From NCBI GenBank assembly GCA_947474805.1, contig CANJKM010000001.1, positions 1 to 47,410 on the forward strand: a stretch of DNA of 47,410 bases. Reading direction: 5' to 3'. A model generated the notes under the pieces. It made no database searches. It saw nothing but the letters and a program-made list of their open reading frames with translations, and was not told the DNA's origin. Position 1 is the stretch's first letter. Each line of letters starts with the position of its first letter. A program made the position numbers and the translations under genes. This document shows positions 8,915 through 18,153 of this stretch, piece after piece. The stretch comes from Caulobacterales bacterium. Lineage in GTDB: Bacteria; Pseudomonadota; Alphaproteobacteria; Caulobacterales; Caulobacteraceae.

Positions 8915-9067
8915 TGATCAGCGAAATCATGACGCTTTTCCATCCGCTCCGCACTCAAGGTCGCGACTGAAGCTGGGGGTCCTTATAGGAAAACTGTACA
9001 GATTGTCGAGCGAAATGCCCCTATTTGAAGCCCCACAGAGCGATACATCGCCCGCAGGGGATTTACT

Positions 9068-11518
9068 TTGTCTAAAGCTAATCTAAAGACCGCACTCAGT
9101 TTTTCTGTAAGCCTCCTGGCCCTCGGCGCCGCTTCGGCCGCTTTCGCTCAGGACGCCAAGCCCTTCCAGGTCGCCGCCATCGAGAACCCGCAGGCGACCC
9201 CGGGCAGCATCCAGGAGATCGTGGTCACCGCTCGCCGCCGCACCGAAACCGTGCAGAGCGTCCCCGTGGGCATATCCGTCGTCAGCGGCGAGCAGATCGC
9301 CAACACCGGCAATAACAACATCGGCAAGTTGCAGCAGCTCGCCCCGACCCTGCAGTTCTACTCTTCCAACCCCCGCAACAGCGCCGCCAACATCCGCGGT
9401 CTCGGCGCGCCGTTCGGCCTGACCAACGACGGGATCGAGCAGGGCGTCGGCATCTATATCGACGACGTCTATTATTCGCGCGCCGCCTCCGCGGTGTTCG
9501 ACTTCCTCGACGTCGACCGGATCGAGGTGCTGCGCGGGCCCCAAGGCACCCTCTACGGCAAGAACACCACCGCCGGCGCGATCAACATCACCACCAACCA
9601 GCCGACCTTCAACTTCGAGGCCCACGCCGAGGCGACCATCGGCAACCTGGAGTTCAAACAGGGCAAGGCCGCCGTATCCGGCCCGATCAGCGACACCCTG
9701 GCCGCGCGCCTGGCCATCTCCTCGACCAGCCGCCGCGGGACCATCTACAACCGCACCTCGGGGAACTGGATCAACGAGCAGGACAATATCGGCATCCGTG
9801 GCCAGCTGCTCTTCAAGCCCAACGACAAGCTCGATGTCACCCTGGCCGGCGACTACAACAAGCAGAACCCCGAGGGTTTCGCCCAGATCTACGCCCGCGT
9901 CGGCTCGAGCCAGCGGCCGCTGAACCGGCAGTTCGCGGCCCTCTCGGCGGCCCTCAACTACGCCCCGCCGAGCCTGAACGCCTTCGACCGCATCACCGAT
10001 GTGGACGCCAGCCTCAACGCCGGCAACGTCACCGCCGGCGCCTCGGCCCGCATCCGCTACAAGACCGGTAACGGAACCCTCACCTCGGTCACCGCCTGGC
10101 GGAACTGGGATTGGAAGCCCGAGAACGACCGCGACTTCACCGGCCTGTCGGTCGTCGCCAAGTCGCAGAACCCGTCGCAGCAGAACCAGTACACCCAGGA
10201 GCTGCGCTACAACTATTCGGGCAAGTCGTTCGACGCCGTGCTCGGCGGCTTCTACTACTACCAGCGCATCGACACTCAGGGGACCGAAGCCCAGGGCTCG
10301 GCCGCCAGCCGCTGGAACATCACGCCCAGCAACGTCCTTTCGAACAATCCGGCGACCCTGAACGGACTGACCGCCCTCAACACCCAGTATCTGAAGAACA
10401 CCTCGGCCGCCCTGTTCGGCCAGCTCAGCTGGCGGGTGACGGACGCCTTCACCATCCAGCCCGGCGCCCGGCTGAACTACGACAAGAAGGCCGGCCTCTA
10501 CGAGCGCAAGGTCTTCAACGGCGCGGGCGCTCCGGTCCTGTTCGGGCCGACCGACGCCGTGACGGTGGCCCAGCTGGCCATCTACGCGCCGCAGCGCGTG
10601 ACGCCGACCTTCAGCGACTGGAATTTCAGCTACGACCTGACGGCCAGCTACAAGATCAACTCCGAGATCCTCGCCTACGCGACCTACGCCAAGACCTTCA
10701 AGTCGGGCGGGATCAACCAGAACGGCGTCCCGGCCGACGCCAACAACGTGCCGATCCTGGCCGCCGGCACGGTCAAGCCCGAAGGCGTCAATCACTTCGA
10801 GGGCGGCCTGAAGACCCAGTTCTGGGCCCGCCGCGCCACCCTCAACATCTCGGCCTTCCACACCGACATCAAGAACTTCCAGGCCAATGTGAACAACGGC
10901 CAGTTCGGCGTTCTGCGCGGCTATCTCGCCAGCGCCCAGAAGGTCCGCACCCAGGGCCTGGAGGCCGACTTCCTAATCCGGCCGAGCCAGCGGCTCAGCG
11001 CCTATCTCAACGGCGCCTACACCGACGCCAAGTACATCAAGTTCGTCGACGCCCCATGCCCGCTGGAGCTCGCGGGCGGCACGACCGTCGCCGCCGGCCA
11101 GACGCCGGGCGCCGCCGGAGTGCCGGGCGCGCTCAGCCCGGCCAACTGCGACGTCTCCGGCCAGCGCCTGCCCGGCGTGTCGAAATACTCCTTCTCCTAC
11201 GGCTTCGAGGTCAACCAGCCGACCCGGCTGCTGGGCGAGGACGGCCAGCTCTACTTCGGCTTCGACGGCAACTACCGCTCGCGTTGGTCGTCCAATCCCT
11301 CGCCGTCCCGCTACACCTGGGTCGGCGCCTTTGCGGTGGCCAACTTCCGCGCCGGCTTCCGCGTGCCGGGCGGGGTGGACGTCTCCGGCTGGGTCCGCAA
11401 CGCCTTCGACCGAAACTATTACGAGCTGCTGGTCGTCGGGCCAGGCAACACCGGCCTGATCGCCGGCCAGCCCGCTGATCCGCGCACCTACGGCGTCACG
11501 ATCAAGGCCAGCTTCTAA
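9068..11518 (+). CDS. TonB-dependent receptor
   Basis: Signal peptide ending in AFAQ, plug region (IVVTARRR, ETVQSVPV, IEVLRGPQGTLYGKNT) and a C-terminal beta-barrel ending in a terminal F. TTG start. Confidence 0.9.
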   Translation: MSKANLKTALSFSVSLLALGAASAAFAQDAKPFQVAAIENPQATPGSIQEIVVTARRRTETVQSVPVGISVVSGEQIANTGNNNIGKLQQLAPTLQFYSSNPRNSAANIRGLGAPFGLTNDGIEQGVGIYIDDVYYSRAASAVFDFLDVDRIEVLRGPQGTLYGKNTTAGAINITTNQPTFNFEAHAEATIGNLEFKQGKAAVSGPISDTLAARLAISSTSRRGTIYNRTSGNWINEQDNIGIRGQLLFKPNDKLDVTLAGDYNKQNPEGFAQIYARVGSSQRPLNRQFAALSAALNYAPPSLNAFDRITDVDASLNAGNVTAGASARIRYKTGNGTLTSVTAWRNWDWKPENDRDFTGLSVVAKSQNPSQQNQYTQELRYNYSGKSFDAVLGGFYYYQRIDTQGTEAQGSAASRWNITPSNVLSNNPATLNGLTALNTQYLKNTSAALFGQLSWRVTDAFTIQPGARLNYDKKAGLYERKVFNGAGAPVLFGPTDAVTVAQLAIYAPQRVTPTFSDWNFSYDLTASYKINSEILAYATYAKTFKSGGINQNGVPADANNVPILAAGTVKPEGVNHFEGGLKTQFWARRATLNISAFHTDIKNFQANVNNGQFGVLRGYLASAQKVRTQGLEADFLIRPSQRLSAYLNGAYTDAKYIKFVDAPCPLELAGGTTVAAGQTPGAAGVPGALSPANCDVSGQRLPGVSKYSFSYGFEVNQPTRLLGEDGQLYFGFDGNYRSRWSSNPSPSRYTWVGAFAVANFRAGFRVPGGVDVSGWVRNAFDRNYYELLVVGPGNTGLIAGQPADPRTYGVTIKASF

Positions 11519-11553
11519 TCCCGAACTCCTCCCCGAAAGACCGGCGGCCCACG

Positions 11554-12330
11554 ATGGAGAGCTTCTTCCTGTTCACCTTCGTGGGCTTCCTGGCCCAACT
11601 GGTCGACGGCGCCCTGGGCATGGCCTACGGCATCATCTCCTCGACCGTGCTTCTCTCCTTCGGCGTGCCGCCGGCCATGGCCTCGGCCAGCGTGCACGCC
11701 GCCGAGGTCTTCACCACCGCCGCCTCGGCCGGCTCGCACGCGGTCCACAGCAATGTGAACTGGAAGCTGTTCATTCCCCTCGCCGCGGCGGGCTCGGTCG
11801 GGGGCGCGCTGGGCGCCTTCGTTCTGACCTCGGTCGACGGCGACCGGCTCAAGCCCTTCATCGCCGGCTATCTGGCCCTGATGGGCGCCCTGATCCTCTA
11901 CCGCGCCTGGAAGGCGACCTCGCCCAAGCCCTTCCCGATCAGATTGACCGGCCCGCTCGGCGCGGCCGGCGGTTTCCTCGACGCGGTTGGCGGCGGCGGC
12001 TGGGGTCCGACCGTCACCAGCGCCATGGTCTCGACGGGCGAGGACCCGCGCATCAGCATCGGCACCGCCAACACCGCCGAATTCTTCGTAACCGCCACCA
12101 TCTCGGCCACCTTCCTGGCCACCCTGCTGACCGGGCATTGGCAGCAGGCCGTGGGTTTCCAGGCCCAGGCGGGCGCCGTAGCGGGGCTGATCGTCGGCGG
12201 CGTCCTGGCCGCGCCGCTTGCCGGATATGCGGTCAAGATCGCCCCGCGCAAACACCTGACCTACACGGTCGGAGCCATCGTTCTGGTGCTCGCGGCCTAT
12301 CAGACGGCCAAGCTTCTTCACCTGATCTAG
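11554..12330 (+). CDS. sulfite exporter TauE/SafE family membrane protein
   Basis: 258 aa with about 7-8 hydrophobic helices. The N-terminus is typical of TauE/DUF81 (FVGFLAQLVDGALGMAYG). Confidence 0.85.
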   Translation: MESFFLFTFVGFLAQLVDGALGMAYGIISSTVLLSFGVPPAMASASVHAAEVFTTAASAGSHAVHSNVNWKLFIPLAAAGSVGGALGAFVLTSVDGDRLKPFIAGYLALMGALILYRAWKATSPKPFPIRLTGPLGAAGGFLDAVGGGGWGPTVTSAMVSTGEDPRISIGTANTAEFFVTATISATFLATLLTGHWQQAVGFQAQAGAVAGLIVGGVLAAPLAGYAVKIAPRKHLTYTVGAIVLVLAAYQTAKLLHLI

Positions 12331-12381
12331 GAACCGCAGCCAAGCTTGGGTGTTGTGGTGGTGCAAGACCACACCCGGGAC

Positions 12382-12795
12382 ATGACCATGAAGCTGCGCA
12401 CCTCTCTTTGCGTCCTCGCCGCCGCCGCCCTTTCGCTGGCCGCCTGCGACAAGACCAACGACCAGTTGAAGAACTCGACCGAGAACGTCTCCAACAGCGC
12501 GGAGACCGCGATCGACGACGCCTCCAACGCGGCCAAGTCGGCGGTCGCCGACCTGCAGGACAGCGCCGACAACGCCGTCGACAAGGCCGCCCCCAAGGTC
12601 GGCGCCGCCGCCCGAAAGGCCGGCGCGGCGATCAACAATCTGGCCGACAAGACCGGCGCCGCCGTGATCAAGGCCGGCGAGGCGGTCGAGCGGGCCGGCG
12701 ACAAGGTGGCCGACAAGACGGCGTCGACCACCAAGTCTTCCGATGGCAAGACCGTCACCACCACGACCGTCACCACCACCGAGAAGCGCAACTAG
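12382..12795 (+). CDS. putative lipoprotein, Ala/Lys/Asp-rich with a Thr/Val tail
   Basis: Signal peptide plus lipobox LSLAAC. High GC3. An alternative ATG lies at 12388. No recognisable domain. Confidence 0.6.
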   Translation: MTMKLRTSLCVLAAAALSLAACDKTNDQLKNSTENVSNSAETAIDDASNAAKSAVADLQDSADNAVDKAAPKVGAAARKAGAAINNLADKTGAAVIKAGEAVERAGDKVADKTASTTKSSDGKTVTTTTVTTTEKRN

Positions 12796-12863
12796 CCGGT
12801 TTCCCCCCGGGGTTTCCCGATTGTGATCCCGCCGTCCGGCCAAACCTGAGCTAAAGGTCGGCC

Positions 12864-13610
12864 GTGGTTCGGATCATGACCTACAATGTGCACAGCTGCG
12901 TCGGCGCCGACCGGCGCTGCGACGTCGCGCGCGTCGCCGCCGTGATCGCCCACGAAAAGCCCGACATCGTCGCCCTTCAGGAGCTCGATGTCGGCCGCTC
13001 CCGCACCGGAGGCGTCGATCAGGCCCACCAGATCGCCGCCCGCCTGGGCATGGGCTTCTACTTCCACCCCACCGTCCAGGTGGCCGAGGAGCGCTATGGC
13101 GACGCCCTCCTGACCGCCCTGCCGATGACGGTGGTCCGCAGCGCGCCCCTGCCGACCCTGAAACGAGTCAGGGGACTGGAGCCGCGCGGGGCGATCTGGG
13201 CCAGGATCGACTGCGAGGGCGGGGCGCTGAATGTGCTCAACACCCACCTCGGTCTCGTGCCGTTGGAGCAGAAGGGTCAGACCGCCTGCCTCCTGGGCAA
13301 GGACTGGCTGGCTCACCCCGACTGCACCGACCCGGTGCTGATGCTCGGCGATTTCAACGCCACCTCCCGCTACGCCTGCTATGGCCAGCTCACCGGCCGC
13401 CTGCGCGACGCCCAGCGGGCGCTCCAGCAACAGCAAGGCCGGGCGGGCCGCGCCATCCCGACCTTCCCCTCGCGCTTCCCGGTGCTGCGCATCGACCATG
13501 TCTTCGTCTCGAAGGGGATCGAGGTCCTCGACGTCCGCGTCCCCGACGGCCCCCAGGCGAGGGCCGCTTCGGATCACCTGCCGCTGGTGGTGGATATCCG
13601 GCTCAAGTGA
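12864..13610 (+). CDS. endonuclease/exonuclease/phosphatase (EEP) family protein
   Basis: MTYNVHSCVG and DIVALQELD N-terminal motifs, with SDHLPLV at the C-terminus. GTG at 12864 has AAAGG upstream. An alternative ATG lies at 12876. Confidence 0.8.
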   Translation: MVRIMTYNVHSCVGADRRCDVARVAAVIAHEKPDIVALQELDVGRSRTGGVDQAHQIAARLGMGFYFHPTVQVAEERYGDALLTALPMTVVRSAPLPTLKRVRGLEPRGAIWARIDCEGGALNVLNTHLGLVPLEQKGQTACLLGKDWLAHPDCTDPVLMLGDFNATSRYACYGQLTGRLRDAQRALQQQQGRAGRAIPTFPSRFPVLRIDHVFVSKGIEVLDVRVPDGPQARAASDHLPLVVDIRLK

Positions 13611-14001
13611 GGTCGTACTTCCGCGCCGCGTCCCGGATGACCTCCAGCGTCTGGTCCCACAGGCCAAGCCCCTCGAGTCCGTCCAGTCGGTGGAACGCCG
13701 CCTCGGCCGCGTCGTCGCCAGGCCGGGGCTCGCCCGAGCGCCAGTTGGCCGCATAGTCGATCAGCACGTAATGCGCGCCCGGAAACAGGCCGTCGACCAC
13801 CGCGACCAGCCCCAGGATGTCGGCCTCGACCCCGGTCTCCTCCCTCAGTTCGCGCAGAGCGGCGGCCTCGATCCGCTCGCCCGGTTCGATCCGGCCGCCC
13901 GGCAGGCTCCACTGGCCCTGCATCGGCGGCTTGCCGCGCCGGATCAGCAGCACCTCAGAGCCTTTGAAACAGACGACGCCGACGGCGGGGACAGGTTGCA
14001 T
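13603..14001 (-). CDS. NUDIX hydrolase
   Basis: Nudix box GGRIEPGERIEAAALRELREETGV. The 3' end overlaps the convergent EEP gene by 8 nt. Confidence 0.88.
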   Translation of the reverse strand: MQPVPAVGVVCFKGSEVLLIRRGKPPMQGQWSLPGGRIEPGERIEAAALRELREETGVEADILGLVAVVDGLFPGAHYVLIDYAANWRSGEPRPGDDAAEAAFHRLDGLEGLGLWDQTLEVIRDAARKYDLT

Positions 14002-14065
14002 GGGAAAGGATGTTAACCGGCCCGCGTCAGACTGGCGCCCCTAATCTACAGCCTGGACCCGCGCC

Positions 14066-15157
14066 ATGCCCGTCGACATCAAGCCGCTCACCGCTCTGCG
14101 CTTCCTCGCCGCCATGTGGGTGGTCGCCTTCCACTACTGGCCGCACCTGGCCGGTTTCGGCGTGCCGACCTTCGTGTCCAAGGGCTATCTCGGGGTCGAG
14201 TGCTTCTTCGTCCTCTCGGGCTTCATCCTCAGCCACGTCTATCTTGATGGTCTCGGCCAGGGACGCTTCCACTACGGAAAGTTCCTCTGGGCGCGGCTCG
14301 CCAGGGTCTATCCGCTGCATCTGGCCACCCTGATCGGCGTCGGCGTCCTGGCCTTCGTCGCCGGGGCCGCGGGCATCGTCATGGACCACGAGATCGCGCC
14401 CTTGAAGCTGCTCCCGGCCAACCTCGCCCTGATCCACGCCTGGGGCGTCACCGACTCCACCGGCTGGAACCACCCCTCCTGGTCTATCTCGGCCGAGTGG
14501 TTCGCCTATCTGACCTTCCCCCTGTTCGGCTGGGTCGCCTGGCGCCTGCGCGAGCGGCCGGGCGTCGCCGTGGCCGCCGCCGTGGCCCTGCTGCTCACCC
14601 TCTATATCGGCTTCCAGCGCGCGACCGACTTCCCCCTGACCCTGGCCACCTACGCCTGGGGCGCGCTGCGGATCGTTCCATGCTTCGCCTATGGCGTGGC
14701 CCTGAACCTGCTCTGGCGGAAGAACCGCATCGACAGCGCCGGCATGGCCAAGCTGGGCGTCGCCGCCTTCGCCCTGCTGATCCTCGGCTTCGCGGCAACG
14801 GGCGGTCCGGACGCGGCCCTGACCGTCTCCTTCGGCGGGCTGATCCTCTGCCTCGCCTCCCTGACCTCGAACGGCTCCAAGCTGTTCTCGGGCAAGCTCG
14901 GCGTCTATCTCGGCGAGGTCTCCTACGCCGTCTACATCGTCTGCTTCCCCTGGGAGCTGGTGGCCATGAACGCGGCCCGCAAGGTGCTGGGGGTCGAGGA
15001 CGCCCTGCCGCTGCCGGTCTGGCTGGCCGTCGTCGCCGGCGTCATCCCCGTCGCCATGCTGGCCCACCATCTGGTCGAGCGGCCCGCCCGCAACGCCATG
15101 CGCCGCTGGGCCGACATGGGCTTCCGCCGCAACACGCCGGCCGCCGAGGCGATCTGA
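14066..15157 (+). CDS. acyltransferase family 3 (OafA-like) membrane protein
   Basis: ALRFLAAMWVVAFHY start and about 10 hydrophobic helices. 363 aa. Confidence 0.85.
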   Translation: MPVDIKPLTALRFLAAMWVVAFHYWPHLAGFGVPTFVSKGYLGVECFFVLSGFILSHVYLDGLGQGRFHYGKFLWARLARVYPLHLATLIGVGVLAFVAGAAGIVMDHEIAPLKLLPANLALIHAWGVTDSTGWNHPSWSISAEWFAYLTFPLFGWVAWRLRERPGVAVAAAVALLLTLYIGFQRATDFPLTLATYAWGALRIVPCFAYGVALNLLWRKNRIDSAGMAKLGVAAFALLILGFAATGGPDAALTVSFGGLILCLASLTSNGSKLFSGKLGVYLGEVSYAVYIVCFPWELVAMNAARKVLGVEDALPLPVWLAVVAGVIPVAMLAHHLVERPARNAMRRWADMGFRRNTPAAEAI

Positions 15158-15202
15158 CTTCGGCTTATTGAATTTGGCGTCGGGGGCGTTCAAACACCCC
15201 CG

Positions 15203-16330
15203 ATGAGCGACGACCTCTCCGGCATCTGCCCCGACCGCTTCGCGCCTGTGCGCGAGGCCATGGCCGACCAGTTCGCCCAGGGGCTGGAGCTTGGCGCCCG
15301 GTTCGCCTTCGCCATCGACGGCGAGGTGGTGATCGACCTCTGGGGCGGGTTCGCCGACCGGCATCGGACCCGGCCGTTCGACGCCCAGACCCTCGTCCCG
15401 GTCTTCTCGACCACCAAGGCCGTGGCCTCGATCCTGATCGCGCGCGCGGTCGACAACGGCCTGCTGGATTATGACCAACCGGTGTCAGACCTGTGGTCGG
15501 ACTACGGCCAGGCCGGCAAAGAAGCTGTAACAGTCGCCCAGGCCCTGTCCCACCAGGACGGCCTCGTCAGCCTGCTCGAACCCATGGCGCCGGAGGACTG
15601 GTACGACTGGGACGCGGTCTGCGGGAAGCTCGCCGCCATGGCCCCGATGTGGCCGCCCGGCACGGCCTCGGGCTATCACCCGACCACCTTCGGCTACACC
15701 GCCGGCGAGATCTTCCGCCGCGTCGACGGCCGGACCATGGGCCAGGCCCTTGCCGAGGATTTTCAGAAACCCTTTGGGCTTCAGATCTTTATCGGCCTGC
15801 CCGAGGCCGAGGACCATCGCGTCGCCGATGTCGAGCGCCCGACCGCCGTCCCCAATTTCGGCGAGATCACCCCGATCCGCCGCGCCGCCTTCATGACCAA
15901 ATGGTCCGCCCCCGGCCCCCGCACCGAAGCCGCCTGGCGCCGCGCCGAGATTCCGTCGGCCAACGGCCACGCCGACGCCCCCTCGCTGGCGCGGCTCATG
16001 GGCATGATGGCCTGCGGCGGAACGCTGGACGGCCGGCGCGTCCTCGGCCGCGACACGATCGAGGCGGCCAGCAAGGAACGGATCGCCGGCCAGGACCTCG
16101 TCCTGCCTTACGTGATGAGCTGGGGCGCGGGTTTCATGCGCAATTCCAGCCTCGCCATCTATGGGCCGAGCCTGGGCGCCTTCGGCCATTCGGGCTGGGG
16201 CGGCTCCTGCGCCTTCGCCGATCCGGAGCGCCGAATCTCGGGCGCCTATGTGATGAACCGCCAGTCTCCCGACCTCCTGGGCGACCCCCGTTCGCGCCGC
16301 CTGATCGACACCGCCTACAGCTGCCTCTAG
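15203..16330 (+). CDS. serine hydrolase / beta-lactamase family (class C-like esterase)
   Basis: SxxK motif (FSTTKAV). 375 aa. No signal peptide is apparent. Confidence 0.85.
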   Translation: MSDDLSGICPDRFAPVREAMADQFAQGLELGARFAFAIDGEVVIDLWGGFADRHRTRPFDAQTLVPVFSTTKAVASILIARAVDNGLLDYDQPVSDLWSDYGQAGKEAVTVAQALSHQDGLVSLLEPMAPEDWYDWDAVCGKLAAMAPMWPPGTASGYHPTTFGYTAGEIFRRVDGRTMGQALAEDFQKPFGLQIFIGLPEAEDHRVADVERPTAVPNFGEITPIRRAAFMTKWSAPGPRTEAAWRRAEIPSANGHADAPSLARLMGMMACGGTLDGRRVLGRDTIEAASKERIAGQDLVLPYVMSWGAGFMRNSSLAIYGPSLGAFGHSGWGGSCAFADPERRISGAYVMNRQSPDLLGDPRSRRLIDTAYSCL

Positions 16331-16409
16331 GGGCGGTTGCCCCCGCTATCGCAGCCCTGTAGAGGGCGACTAACGAATGTCTTGAAACACAGAGAGGAGG
16401 GGAGCCGCC

Positions 16410-18143
16410 ATGCCTGCGCACCGCCCCGCCTCTTTCGGTAAGCTCACCCTTCTTCCCGTGGCGCCCTCGGTCTGGGATGCCGTGGTCTTCGCCCTGGTGC
16501 TGGGGGTTCTGGCCCTGGTCGCCTTCGGGGGCCGCGAGACCCTGCAGCCCCTCGCGGTTGGAGCCGGACCGATCTCGCTCGATCCGGCGGTCCTGCCCCA
16601 CTACGCCCTGCGCACCACCCTGCGGATGCTGGCGGCCATGGCCGCCTCGCTGGTCTTCACCTTCGCCTTCGGGGCGCTGGCGGCCAAGAGCCGTCGGGCG
16701 GAAATGGTGCTGATCCCGATGCTCGACGTGCTGCAGTCGGTGCCGGTGCTGGGCTTTCTGTCCTTTACGGTGACGGGCTTCATGGCCCTCTTCCCCGGTC
16801 AGGTGCTGGGGGTGGAGCTGGCGGCCATCTTCGCCATCTTCACGAGCCAGGCCTGGAACATGGCCTATAGCTTCTACCATTCGACCAAGACCCTGCCGCG
16901 CGACCTGAAGGATCTGTCGGACTCGCTGAGGCTGGGCGCCTGGCGGCGGTTCTGGACGCTGGAGGCACCCTACGCGGCGCCGGGCCTCGTCTGGAACGCC
17001 ATGATCTCGATGTCGGGCGCCTGGTTCTTCGTGGTGGCGTCCGAGGCCATTTCGGTCGGGCCGACCACGGTCAGCCTGCCCGGCGTCGGCTCCTATGTGG
17101 CCCTGGCCATCGCCCAGCACGATCTGAAGGCGGTCGGCTGGGCTGTGCTGACCATGCTCGCGGTCATCCTGCTCTACGATCAATTGATGTTCCGGCCCCT
17201 GGTGGCCTGGGCCGAGAAATTCCGGCTCGATGTGTCAGACGCCGAGCCGCCGCGCTCCTGGGCGCTCGACCTGTTCCAGCGGGCCGACTTCCTGCGCGGA
17301 CTGTTCCGGCCGGTGGCCGACATCCTGTCCTCGGTCGCCAGCGTCCGCATGGGCAAGCCGATCGCCGCGCCCCCGGCCCTGACCCGGGCCTGGCGCAGCC
17401 CCTGGACCGAGCGGGCCTGGTACGTCGTCCTGATCGCGATCGCCGTGATCGCGGCCTGGCGGGCGATCGCCTTCATCGGCGGAGCGGTGGGACTGGCCGA
17501 GGTGCTGCACGTCTTCGTTCTGGGCTTCTACACCCTGGCGCGGGTGGCGGTGCTGATCGCCATCGCCAGCCTGATCTGGGTCCCGGCCGGGGTCTGGATC
17601 GGCCTGCGTCCGCGCTGGGCCGAGCGGCTCCAGCCTGTGACCCAGTTCCTGGCCGCCTTCCCGTCGAACCTCTTGTTCCCGGCGGTGGTGGTGCTGATCG
17701 TCCGCTTCGACCTGACCCCCGACATCTGGCTGTCGCCGCTGATGATCCTGGGCGCCCAGTGGTACCTCTTGTTCAACGTCATCGCCGGAACCCGCGCCTT
17801 CCCGCACGACCTTTTGGAGGCCGCCGCCTCCATGCGGGTCAAGGGCTGGGGCTGGTGGCGGCGGGTGATCCTGCCGGGGATCATGCCCTCCTATGTCACC
17901 GGCGCGATCACCGCCTCGGGCGGGGCCTGGAACGCCGCCATCGTCGCTGAGGTCGCCAACTGGGGCGACACCAAGCTGACCGCTCACGGCCTGGGCGCCT
18001 ATATCGCCGAGCACACCAAGGACGGCGACCTGCGCCGGGTGGTGCTGGGCGTGGCGGTGATGGCGGTCTATGTGGTTCTGGTGAACCGGCTGTTCTGGGA
18101 GCCGCTATTCATGCGCGCCGCCCGTATGCTTCGCGCTGACTAG
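16410..18143 (+). CDS. ABC transporter permease with duplicated transmembrane domain (nitrate/sulfonate/taurine-type)
   Basis: 577 aa with two tandem permease halves. Strong SD (GAGGAGGGG) upstream. The ATPase gene follows 10 nt downstream. Confidence 0.85.
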   Translation: MPAHRPASFGKLTLLPVAPSVWDAVVFALVLGVLALVAFGGRETLQPLAVGAGPISLDPAVLPHYALRTTLRMLAAMAASLVFTFAFGALAAKSRRAEMVLIPMLDVLQSVPVLGFLSFTVTGFMALFPGQVLGVELAAIFAIFTSQAWNMAYSFYHSTKTLPRDLKDLSDSLRLGAWRRFWTLEAPYAAPGLVWNAMISMSGAWFFVVASEAISVGPTTVSLPGVGSYVALAIAQHDLKAVGWAVLTMLAVILLYDQLMFRPLVAWAEKFRLDVSDAEPPRSWALDLFQRADFLRGLFRPVADILSSVASVRMGKPIAAPPALTRAWRSPWTERAWYVVLIAIAVIAAWRAIAFIGGAVGLAEVLHVFVLGFYTLARVAVLIAIASLIWVPAGVWIGLRPRWAERLQPVTQFLAAFPSNLLFPAVVVLIVRFDLTPDIWLSPLMILGAQWYLLFNVIAGTRAFPHDLLEAAASMRVKGWGWWRRVILPGIMPSYVTGAITASGGAWNAAIVAEVANWGDTKLTAHGLGAYIAEHTKDGDLRRVVLGVAVMAVYVVLVNRLFWEPLFMRAARMLRAD

Positions 18144-18153
18144 GGAGGGTTTC

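Noticed and set aside
8915-9067. Pho box in the divergent phoR / TonB-receptor control region
   Set aside because: I looked for two 7-nt CTGTCAT-like direct repeats with an 11-bp period. The best candidates (ctgtacagattgtcgag, and gtcatga…ctgatcat on the other strand) have spacings of 9 or 15 nt and poor matches. There is no supportable call without a position weight matrix scan.
9083-10861. 592-aa minus-strand ORF and 455-aa alternate plus-frame ORF (10111-11478) over the TonB-dependent receptor
   Set aside because: The receptor frame carries the plug and barrel motifs and a signal peptide. The others are G/R/D/V/P-rich shadow ORFs.
11515-12843. 442-aa minus-strand ORF covering TauE and the lipoprotein gene
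   Set aside because: Its composition is low-complexity G/R/D. It lies antisense to a clean polytopic membrane protein frame and to a signal-peptide frame.
12855-12875. tRNA-like GGTTCGgATC word, along with other GTTCGA-like words in the window
   Set aside because: No acceptor, D or anticodon arm complementarity surrounds any of them, and this one is part of the EEP gene start. No tRNA could be supported anywhere in the window.
14027-15478. 483-aa minus-strand ORF over the acyltransferase gene
   Set aside because: Shadow ORF. The plus frame gives a coherent 10-helix acyltransferase-3 protein.
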